Source of the DNA: Cyanidioschyzon merolae
Lineage: Eukaryota
Length of the DNA: 64,000 nt
Assembly (NCBI GenBank): GCA_000091205.1
Contig: AP006500.2
Direction: 5' to 3' (one strand)
Under the pieces are notes generated by a model, which saw only the letters and a list, made by a program, of their open reading frames with translations, did not search any database and was not told the origin of the DNA. Each line of letters begins with the position of its first letter. Position 1 is the first letter of the stretch. The translations under genes were made by a program, and so were the position numbers. Below, one piece after another: positions 11,311-21,009 of this stretch.

Positions 11311-12527
11311 TAGCGTTAAATGTTACACAGGCACATGCTTGATGCAAAATTCGGGAGCGGCGCCCAATGATGTTTCTTGTACAGTTGCAGAAAGATTTAT
11401 TCAACTTTGTTTAGCTTAAGCTTTTCCCGAGATGTGAGCATCGCGCGTCTCCTGCACGGGGACCCTGAAGCGCTGCCTTGCACGTCTTCCGGCATAGAAT
11501 ACTTTCAGTGTTTGCTTGGCAGTCAGTTCTGAAACGGGGAGAGAGGCATCGCGACGAAGACGCCGCAGTGTAAGCTGCGAAGAACACTGACAAGTTTATG
11601 GTGCACGCTGTAGCACCAGCGCTTCGAGTTGTGCGCTTTTTGGAGAAGTCGTGCTACGGTCTCTTTCAGGCTCCTTGTTCCCGGGGTTGCAGCACGTTAC
11701 GACCACCTGGTGCTGGACGGGCTAGTAACGTGAGAGCACCTCGCGAGCTGCCGTTTGAGAAAGAAGAGCACGCAGTGGGTTTACCGCGCCTCGCTTCTCT
11801 GGGCACCGCAGCCGTTGTGGGTCCAGCGGCAGCTTTTGTCTCCGCTATGGTGATATCGTATGCCCTGACTTTTTGGCAACACTCCACTAACCTAAACAAG
11901 TCCAAATCAAGAGGCTAAGGACGCTCAGACAGGAGCATTCTGTGCACTTGGACTCTTCGGGACTCCCGGCAAGCCGCGGGTGACGAGCGCGCCCCGGCTA
12001 CAACGCAGCAACCGAAGTGGAACAGATGAAAGGCGTTTCTTGGAAAAAATTTCTGGCAAAGAACTCAAATTTTCGATACGCATAATCTCCCCGATGTTTC
12101 GGACTTAGGTACAGGGCTGGTCGTGAAGCACAGAGGTTTTGTCTTTCTATCGAACTTCGAAAAGTTGCTTATCCGGCGCGAAATCCGCATGCAATGCCTT
12201 CCGGGCCATTCTATCCAGCAGATAAGCGTCATAGAGGCGTTTCACGACGCTTTCGCTACTCTTACCTCATTTCAGAGCTTATCAACCTGAACGATTCCAT
12301 TTCAGAATGGAAATCAAGACCTTTCGTAGCCGATACCATCGAGCTGCGCAGAAAAGCGGTATATGTTGCGTGGTTCCCAACTGCGTATCCCTTTCAACTA
12401 AGTTTAATTTCACCTCCGCTACCGCGCTTACCACGAGATCAAAACCACTAGGCACAGTACCGTACAAATCGTAGACGAATTGCCTGTAGAATATATTTTT
12501 ACTGAACAGTGCAAGGAGAACTGCAAT

Positions 12528-13757
12528 TACCCTGCAGGTCAGTCACACCATATTACTCGCGTGGTGGTAGAGCACTTTAAGAAAGAGTTACATGCGCTCC
12601 GCATCAAAACCCGATATTCTCAAAGAGCACTTGCGTTTAATGGTAGAGAATGACCTGTTAATCACCTGACTGAAAGCAAAAGCGAGGATCGTGGTCGCCA
12701 CCTGCTTCTCTGTTTCTCAACCGGTAGTTCATGTAATGCTGAAAAACTGGCAAACAGTCGCAAAAAATCCCTGTTCACTCAAGGCCATCTTTTTACCGAC
12801 ATCGCAGTTAAAACAAAGTTCCTGGAACGTCATTATCGGCATGAAACAGAGGGGCGTCGGTTTGTTGTTTCAGTCGATGAGACTCCCTTCGGACAAGACG
12901 GTCGGGTCGTTGATGAGTATTCGAGGTGAAGGGAGCCCATTGTCTGTGCGATCGGACTCAAAGAGAACGACGATATTATCTGTTCTAGCTGTAGTGGATT
13001 CAAGTGGCGGCCTGGGTTTTGCTGGAACAGAAGGCCCTCACAACAGCACCAACAACTTTGTCGAATCATTGAAGACTTTTCCCAGACGTCCGGCGACTTC
13101 GTTCTGTTGGACAACGTGGTACTTCGCCATTCCCGTTGCGTTCGGGCTTTTGCCGAGGCTATCGGAGTAGAGATGCTTTTCATTCCTTCGTACGCTCCGC
13201 GGTTCAACCGCATCGAAGGAGAGTTTTCTATCAAAAAAAGCAATGCACGCACCACTATTCGAATCGATGATGCGTTCAGCACACGGTGACACGCCGGAGC
13301 CAATTTTATTTTGCTTGCGCAAATACTGCTCTTTTGGGGAAGGTCCCCACCTGAAGACATAACGAAGTGCGTTCATTTGAAGAAATAAAAAATCTTAGGA
13401 ATGAGCTGGGGTGTACACTTGAGAAGTTCGAGATAAAGAAACGCCAGCGGGCGCTTCGGCGAAAGAAAAATACGGAGAGCTTACAGAGCAGCATATGGCA
13501 CGAAAGGCGCAAGTTCGAATACTACTTGTACTCGGAACACGAGCGGCGGCAAGAAACGCATGGAGCTCGTGATCCGAGGCTTGAACGCTGCTATCAATAT
13601 CAGGAGATATTCTGTGTTGAAAACAAGGCCCGCAGGGATAACGCGTGCCAATTTTGTGGGATTGCCTCTCAGAGTCAAAATGCTCAAGGACGAGCTGATA
13701 CCGATAGCAGGGGGCCGGCGAAAAAGATATCGGAAGGTGTCACAACGTCGCTGGAAA
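12528..13757 (+). mobile_element. Tc1/mariner-like element with DDE_3 transposase remnant plus Fanzor/TnpB-like C-terminal remnant, copy A (decayed)
   Basis: The 5' end (12528-12700) is homologous to the reverse complement of 56235-56090 in copy B. It contains the DDE_3 signature VLLDNVVLRHS...FIPSYAPRFNRIEGEF and then the RuvC-III-like SGGKKRMELVIRGLNAAINIRRYSVLKTRPAGITRANFVGLPLRVKML. The 3' block CCGATAGCAGGGGGCCGGCGAAAAAGATATCGGAAGG is conserved. The 3' boundary is uncertain. Confidence 0.6.
12691..13289 (+). pseudogene. Tc1/IS630-family (DDE_3) transposase pseudogene, frameshifted
   Basis: ORFs 12691-13170 and 13107-13289 lie in different frames. The motifs DN..H and P.YAPRFNRIEGEF match the Tc1/IS630 DDE_3 C-terminus (D...P.YSPDLNPIE). 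Confidence 0.65.
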
Positions 13758-13835
13758 GACATACATTCTATGCCAGGAAAGTATTTTCGTGGCGCCGACA
13801 TGAGCGCCGCCTGCACCTGCAATCCTACCCGCTGA
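13480..13835 (+). pseudogene. TnpB/Fanzor-like RuvC-III C-terminal remnant (catalytic D replaced by G: RGLNAAINI)
   Basis: The frame of 13560-13835 stays open upstream to about 13480: ...TCTRNTSGGKKRMELVIRGLNAAINIRRYSVLK.... The xxNAAINI motif with an upstream C..EF half zinc finger is diagnostic of the TnpB/Fanzor RuvC-III region. No N-terminal domains are present. Confidence 0.6.
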
Positions 13836-13903
13836 TCCGAAGAGCGCTCTACGCATACGCTCTGGGCTATTTTCTGCAGCTTTCTTGAGGTTTAGCACAT
13901 ATA

Positions 13904-15283
13904 TTGTACAGCTTTATGTGGCAGACTGGGCTGCACTCGTCGACGTCTTTATATTGGAGTTGTACGCTTGGAGCAACTGGCACTTCGACAGGAAAGCCAG
14001 CCTCGGTCGCGCACCGCTGCTCAGTCTCAGCAGCGGGCTTCCGCGCTGCCCCGATGCCGTGTATCCGTCGTGGTGTCTGCACGTCACGCACGCACTCGAG
14101 GACTTCAAATCCCTTGAAGATGCAACGGAACACTGATCCGGCGGGCAATAGCATAGGAATCGAACCGACTGTGCGAGTAGAGGACGTATACAAGTCGTTC
14201 CAAGATAAAAAGAAAAGCCTCTTCTCTTGGCGTTTTGAAGCGTTGACAGTTCCGGCTCTCAGGGGGGTGTCCCTTGACGTTTACGCTGGTGAAGTCTTCG
14301 GTTTACTTGGCCCGAACTCTTCGGGCAAGACAACGCTCTTACGTTGCATGTCGACTTTGTGCAAGCCAGATCGAGGTGCTGTGTACGTGTTAGGCAAACA
14401 TACGGTGCGAGAGTCCTTTGCGGTGCGGCATTGCATAGGAGTGGTCTTTCAAGACGCCGGTGTTGATAAAATTCTCACTGGGCGTGAGCATATGGAACTC
14501 TTTGGAAACTTGTACCACATGCCACCCGCTCATTTGCGTCGTCGCATTGATGAACTTGTCGGCATGCTAGAACTCGAGCCCTACGTGGATCGCCTAACGG
14601 GCACCTATTCGGGAGGAATCAAGAGGCGCCTCGATCTCGCTCTAGGGCTGCTGCATGAACCTTCAGTTCTGTTGCTTGATGAGCCCACGGTCGGCTTAGA
14701 TCTTAGCAGCCGGCGAGTTATCTGGAATGCTGTTCGAAAATATGCTACAGCGGGGAATACGATTGTTTTCACGTCTCACTACTTAGAAGAAGTTGAGATT
14801 CTGGCTGACCGAGTCGCTATTCTGGATGAGGGGGTCTCGATCGCGGTCGGTTCGCCGCCAGACCTGAAACGCCAAATCGGTGGTAGACGGTTCACGATTC
14901 GAGTGGAGGAGTTTTGTCCAGAAAATATTGCCCAGGCGGCTCTGGAGGCGCTACGAAGCGAGGGCATCGTAGAGAGGGCGCAGATCAATGCATTTGATTA
15001 CAATGCGCTCGAGCTATTTGTTGAGCCGGAGCTGCTGGATCAGCTAGGTATTGATCCTTCGTTGAACGAGGATGAAGCCTATTCGGTGTACGCGGAAAGA
15101 ATTCGTCAGACACTGAAAGGAAAAGGATTTGATCTCTTCGGTATTACGGAACGAGGTGTGAGTCTGAGCGATGTCTATATGTCGTTTGCTGGGCGCGATT
15201 TTCGCGCTGCAGATGAAGCCGCGCGATTGGATGCAAGCACGAAAAAGCGGAAACCAAAGCGCCGTTCCAGCTTGGAAAGCTAG
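13904..15283 (+). CDS. ABC transporter ATP-binding protein (ABC-2/ABCA-type NBD only), with an S/T/R-rich N-terminal presequence; alternative start at 14120
   Basis: Walker A GLLGPNSSGKTTLL, signature YSGGIKRRL and Walker B LLLDEPTVGLD are present. There is no transmembrane domain. The first 70 aa look like an organellar transit peptide. Confidence 0.8.
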   Translation: MYSFMWQTGLHSSTSLYWSCTLGATGTSTGKPASVAHRCSVSAAGFRAAPMPCIRRGVCTSRTHSRTSNPLKMQRNTDPAGNSIGIEPTVRVEDVYKSFQDKKKSLFSWRFEALTVPALRGVSLDVYAGEVFGLLGPNSSGKTTLLRCMSTLCKPDRGAVYVLGKHTVRESFAVRHCIGVVFQDAGVDKILTGREHMELFGNLYHMPPAHLRRRIDELVGMLELEPYVDRLTGTYSGGIKRRLDLALGLLHEPSVLLLDEPTVGLDLSSRRVIWNAVRKYATAGNTIVFTSHYLEEVEILADRVAILDEGVSIAVGSPPDLKRQIGGRRFTIRVEEFCPENIAQAALEALRSEGIVERAQINAFDYNALELFVEPELLDQLGIDPSLNEDEAYSVYAERIRQTLKGKGFDLFGITERGVSLSDVYMSFAGRDFRAADEAARLDASTKKRKPKRRSSLES

Positions 15284-16333
15284 CGTCTCGGAAACCTCTG
15301 AAGAGCAGTCCGTGATGCTGCCCGCATCAGAGGTCTATTCGAAGACAGCGGTCCCGGTAAGTGGACGCCAACACTTTTTTCGGATGCAGTTATATCCGCC
15401 AGCGCGGCTCATATAGCCGCGTACACGCGAGCACGTGGCATTTATCAATCGCAGAAAGCCGACTGGCTGCGATCGAAATTCAACTCCGTGACTGCTCTCT
15501 TGGGAGCAGTCTTTCCACTGCTTTTTTGCGCTCTTTGTATTGTCCAGGCGAGATTCACTGCAGCTCATGCGATGAACGTATGAATGGCGGCCCGCCTGGC
15601 ACCAACGCCTGCAAGCAAGAGCAACGATAGGCCGCATCCACCGTAGAACAGGCAGTACGCGCATCCTAGTAAGACCACTGCGGCTTCGAGCTACCGCAGC
15701 AGAAACTCTGTATCCGCACTAGTTACTGGACCTGGTTGAGACTTTCTCACGCAATGGTCGCCTGCATGCTGTACATTGGTCTTCCTTGTCACTGTTGCTC
15801 TCTCCTATGCACAGCAAGTGCGGGTTGGCCAGGACTTGATATGAGTCTTACTGCGGTGCTGCTGTTTCTCTCGCCGAAACGGCTCGTCTGCGTTTTTTTC
15901 TGAAAGAGCATGAGCTTTCTCATACGAAACCGTTCAGGAAACTTCACTTGAATTTTCCTGCTTTGTGAACTTATCCTCTCGGTAACAGAGGTGTTTCCTG
16001 AACAGAGCGTATCTGTAAAGCGGTGTTGCGCTATAGGACCCGGCAGGTAACCCCGGCAGCTATTGTGGAGAGTCTGTGCTGCGGGGCATAACGTCCAAGC
16101 CTGGTCGCACATCGTAACTCGTTGCGTAGATAGGTCAAAAACCTGTTTTCCTGTGTCGCTGTGAGCCTCACCTGTGCACGTTCCTGCGCAGCGGGGAATG
16201 GTATATGGGACGGCAGTGCGAGGCAGGGCAAACGAATGCGGCATTTTTCGCAGGCAACGGGGAGCCCAACCTGGCCAGACTCTACAGTCGTCAATGCTGG
16301 ACGAAACCTGGATTCTCCAAGGCTTGTACGCCG

Positions 16334-17746
16334 GTGCCAAGGTTAAAAAGGAACACTGACCTTATCGGACTGCTGCTACCTATCGATTCCTTAACCTACC
16401 TTGAATGGATGCTTGGCCTCGAAAGTCGAATTGCAGTAATACGGGCATACAGATTCATATACAGTTCTGAGAAGTTCGGTGGTCTGTTCGACTTGACTCC
16501 TTCGACGCTTTGCCGCTAGAATGCGTTACGGATCCGAAATAAAGATGGTACGCGACGCCCTCGAACAGGGTTCGTTATTCGACCTGCATCGTTGTCCAAT
16601 TCACATGTTCAACCTCAACTGTGCTGCTTTCCTTATACGCAGCAGGCTGAAAGCACGCATCCTTCAAGTTTCCGATCATTCTATTTCAAGGCGACTCGAG
16701 GGCGCAGCAGTTCGCGCCGCTGGACTGGCGAAGAATGCTGCTTGACGTCGCCCCTGAGGAAATGCTCAGAAGCTCATAGCGAAAAGTCACTGAAATTCTC
16801 ACGATAAATAATCGATTGCGTTCGAGAGTCGAATCCTCCCCTCTTTGTGGTCATCGACGAAGCAGCATTCGACGGCAGCGCAATAGATCTCACGGGAGAT
16901 GCTTTCATATGTCACCGTCTCTTCTGTTTGCATGGAAAGGGTCTTGGACTTTGAGTTGAGGCATCGCAGCGATTGCTTCCAGTAGAGCCTGCGTCACCGC
17001 TTTGCGGTAAGGGACCGTAAAAGGATCGAAATTTCTCGACTTTTACCCTAGCGAGGTGTCTCCTCCCCGCACTAGTGCCGTCGTGGGCAGCATCGCGCGA
17101 CGCAAACCCTCCGTCCAATGAACAGCGAGCGCTGGTGTTTGCATCGGGCAGAGTACTCGCGGACATGGTCGCCCAGAAGAACCCCGTGATTTAAGGGTAC
17201 AGCACCGGGCGCGGAAACCGCGGAGCGCATCCTGGGGCGCCTTCTGTACCCTTCAAGCGCATGAACCGAGCGCATGAACCGAGCGCATGAACCGAGCGCA
17301 TGAACCGAGCGCATGAACCGAGCGCATGAACCGAGCGCTGAAGCGAGCCCTCACGCGCTGCAGGGTGAGCCTCGTTGGCGAAGGAGGCGTACTCCTTATA
17401 TGCGACCATCTAAGCGCATCCATGCGTCACGCCTGTGCAGAGGGCAGCGAGACTGTGTCCAAAGAAGATGACAAGAGCAATTGAAACGCAGATCGCAACC
17501 TCAGCCTGTGCATGAAATGCGTCTAAACAGGCCGCAAGTAACGTGGCTCGGACTGTACTGCTGCCAGCAATACTCCCCCATTGGTGACAATAGAACTTCA
17601 GGGATAGGTGAGACCAGCGTATTCAAAGGCGAGCTTGAGAGCAACGAAAGAGAAGCAGTCGCTGAACGGTCAGTGAAAAGCTGGTTTTCATGGCAATTAC
17701 GAGGGACTCAAACTCTAGGGTGTGCTTGTGAGTTCCCTGAGTGCAT
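16334..17746. repeat. Left arm of inverted repeat IR1 (about 1.41 kb); right arm 19344-20761
   Basis: Mirrored ORFs: 16521-16745(+) equals 20346-20570(-), 16912-17166(-) equals 19925-20179(+), and 17481-17849(+) matches 19143-19610(-) up to ...EFPECI. Boundaries were read directly: CCAAGGTTAAAAAGG at the outer edge and GAGTGCATC at the inner edge. Confidence 0.85.
17262..17339. repeat. 13-bp tandem repeat (GCGCATGAACCGA x6) inside the IR1 arm; mirrored at 19747-19824
   Basis: Direct reading: cgcatgaaccgagcg repeated six times. The inverted copy ctcggttcatgcg also occurs six times. Confidence 0.9.
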
Positions 17747-17989
17747 CAGTCTTATTTTTATGTGGCACATGTACAAGGCACGCTTCGTCGGAGCAGGCAA
17801 TGGAAGCTCGCCTCACGACCGACGGTGGATTCTGCAACGAGCTGCATAACGCGCTGCGGTCTGTTCGTAGCAGCATTTATGTTGCTAGTGGTGCTTTCTC
17901 GAGCTGAGGACGAAAGCTGCTTCCTTAGAAGGACACGGGGTGGCGATCGAAGTCCACGCTGAAGTCAGCGACTTCCTTCTGGCATTTCT

Positions 17990-18670
17990 ATGCGAAGAAA
18001 CACGCTGAGTGGCTTTCTCCCTCTGCTTAGGGTAAGGGCACGAAAAGCGACTGTTTCGCAACAACCCTCCTCGATGAGCGTTTTCGCACAGTACTCGTCT
18101 CAGCAGCACCAGCAGTGCTCCTCTATAGAGCGGGTGAGTTGTCGCCGTTTCCGCTTAGAGTCTCCACCTGATACTTGGAGGCTAGGCGCTGCGCTGGCTC
18201 GCCTTGCACGGCCTGGCGATGTGTTTCTGCTTCAGGGCAGCCTCGGAGCCGGAAAGACGACATTGGCTCGGGGCTTTATTCAAGAGTTTCTGAACGATCC
18301 CGAACTTGAAGTTGTCTCACCTACGTATCTTCTGGACGTGACCTATCCGGACTACGAGAACAAGGCCAAAGTTCCTGGTGTAGTTCTTCATCATCTGGAC
18401 TTGTATAGGCTGGAGAACGCTGACGATCGCCCAATTGCGGACTTTGCCGATATATTCACCCATCAAATATGCTTGGTCGAATGGCCAGAGCGCCTGGGAA
18501 AGTATTCAACACCAGAAGAATTCTTGCAGATCCGCTTCTCCTTCGTAGCGGGCGCGGATGGGCCTCGCGTTATTGAATCATCTGGTTTTGCGAGTCACAA
18601 GCACCTGGAGAATCCACGCTGGTCACAGGCACGCATCGATCAAATACAATGGCAATGTTCAGCAGCTTAG
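17990..18670 (+). CDS. tsaE: tRNA threonylcarbamoyladenosine (t6A) biosynthesis protein TsaE/YjeE-like P-loop ATPase with an N-terminal organellar presequence
   Basis: GDVFLLQGSLGAGKTTLARGFIQ (P-loop), SPTYLLDVTY and HHLDLYRLEN match bacterial TsaE family motifs. The first roughly 60 aa are S/R-rich. The gene lies in the spacer between the IR1 arms. Confidence 0.7.
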   Translation: MRRNTLSGFLPLLRVRARKATVSQQPSSMSVFAQYSSQQHQQCSSIERVSCRRFRLESPPDTWRLGAALARLARPGDVFLLQGSLGAGKTTLARGFIQEFLNDPELEVVSPTYLLDVTYPDYENKAKVPGVVLHHLDLYRLENADDRPIADFADIFTHQICLVEWPERLGKYSTPEEFLQIRFSFVAGADGPRVIESSGFASHKHLENPRWSQARIDQIQWQCSAA

Positions 18671-19343
18671 ATATGCCGAGAGCCTCCGAAGCTTTCGAGG
18701 AGACCACCATTGCGTAGACCCTGACGCACACCTCGGGTGTGATTGGACCGGCTCTCTGTGCGTCTTCAACGCTTTTCTCGTTGCCGCAGAGACGAGCACA
18801 TATGTGGCATGGCTGTTTCATGCTGCCTCGATCTCTTATATACTGGAGTGCGAGCAGGCCCTATCATCAAGTCGACACCGTGTGCGTCGTTCTAGCGCTG
18901 CCGCTTGATGGAGTTCTCCGTAGAAAGCAGCCATGTGAACTTTCGTGGCAATGCACATATCCGTTCCGCAAGCGTGCTACTTGTTCAAACTGCTACATAT
19001 GGGAATTTTCAGTCTTTGCCGACGCATAAATCTTCGAAAGATGGACGCACATGTTAAGGAGAACGAAAGATCTTTCAAGATCCACGAAACCGCGAAATAT
19101 GAACGCGGCATTAGCAGCGTCGGAAGCAGTCTAGCCCAACGACTACCCAACGACTCTTCTGTGGTATATCTTCGAATGACTTCTGTCCATTGTCGCGTGA
19201 TAAGAGTTGATGGTATGGCAGTATCCGTAGATAATAATCACAGCGCAATGTCGTGTGTTCGACATGAGTTGCGGAGGCACCCCGCAACGTTTGTTCGTTG
19301 TCTTCGTCTCATGCTTACTCTCGTGAGAGAATAAAGTAAAGCA

Positions 19344-20761
19344 GATGCACTCAGGGAACTCACAAGCACACCCTAGAGTTTGAGTCCCTCGTAATTGCCA
19401 TGAAAACCAGCTTTTCACTGACCGTTCAGCGACTGCTTCTCTTTCGTTGCTCTCAAGCTCGCCTTTGAATACGCTGGTCTCACCTATCCCTGAAGTTCTA
19501 TTGTCACCAATGGGGGAGTATTGCTGGCAGCAGTACAGTCCGAGCCACGTTACTTGCGGCCTGTTTAGACGCATTTCATGCACAGGCTGAGGTTGCGATC
19601 TGCGTTTCAATTGCTCTTGTCATCTTCTTTGGACACAGTCTCGCTGCCCTCTGCACAGGCGTGACGCATGGATGCGCTTAGATGGTCGCATATAAGGAGT
19701 ACGCCTCCTTCGCCAACGAGGCTCACCCTGCAGCGCGTGAGGGCTCGCTTCAGCGCTCGGTTCATGCGCTCGGTTCATGCGCTCGGTTCATGCGCTCGGT
19801 TCATGCGCTCGGTTCATGCGCTCGGTTCATGCGCTTGAAGGGTACAGAAGGCGCCCCAGGATGCGCTCCGCGGTTTCCGCGCCCGGTGCTGTACCCTTAA
19901 ATCACGGGGTTCTTCTGGGCGACCATGTCCGCGAGTACTCTGCCCGATGCAAACACCAGCGCTCGCTGTTCATTGGACGGAGGGTTTGCGTCGCGCGATG
20001 CTGCCCACGACGGCACTAGTGCGGGGAGGAGACACCTCGCTAGGGTAAAAGTCGAGAAATTTCGATCCTTTTACGGTCCCTTACCGCAAAGCGGTGACGC
20101 AGGCTCTACTGGAAGCAATCGCTGCGATGCCTCAACTCAAAGTCCAAGACCCTTTCCATGCAAACAGAAGAGACGGTGACATATGAAAGCATCTCCCGTG
20201 AGATCTATTGCGCTGCCGTCGAATGCTGCTTCGTCGATGACCACAAAGAGGGGAGGATTCGACTCTCGAACGCAATCGATTATTTATCGTGAGAATTTCA
20301 GTGACTTTTCGCTATGAGCTTCTGAGCATTTCCTCAGGGGCGACGTCAAGCAGCATTCTTCGCCAGTCCAGCGGCGCGAACTGCTGCGCCCTCGAGTCGC
20401 CTTGAAATAGAATGATCGGAAACTTGAAGGATGCGTGCTTTCAGCCTGCTGCGTATAAGGAAAGCAGCACAGTTGAGGTTGAACATGTGAATTGGACAAC
20501 GATGCAGGTCGAATAACGAACCCTGTTCGAGGGCGTCGCGTACCATCTTTATTTCGGATCCGTAACGCATTCTAGCGGCAAAGCGTCGAAGGAGTCAAGT
20601 CGAACAGACCACCGAACTTCTCAGAACTGTATATGAATCTGTATGCCCGTATTACTGCAATTCGACTTTCGAGGCCAAGCATCCATTCAAGGTAGGTTAA
20701 GGAATCGATAGGTAGCAGCAGTCCGATAAGGTCAGTGTTCCTTTTTAACCTTGGCGACAAA
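19344..20761. repeat. Right arm of inverted repeat IR1
   Basis: See the left-arm entry. The arms are near-identical, including the same six-unit tandem-repeat count. Confidence 0.85.
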
Positions 20762-21009
20762 GTCGCGAAATGTGTTATCTAAACGAGAAGCGTTTTATTA
20801 TCAATATCGTCTTCGCGTACTTGTGGGTACATGAAGAACCGTCCAAATGCATCGGTGACGCAGTTGAAGAGGATATCTTTGGGCAATCAGTACTGGTCAG
20901 CGCTCGCAGCTAAAACGTTTTCCTCAATCCGATGTCTGAACGAGTTTGACTTGTACGACGCCTGGTACTGGGCGTGTTTCGTACAGAGTACTGAGCACTC
21001 TGTGATTAT

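Noticed and set aside
17262-17339. 13-bp x6 tandem repeat as a CRISPR-like array
   Set aside because: The units are contiguous with no spacers and far too short. The context is eukaryotic. It is a simple minisatellite inside the IR1 arm.
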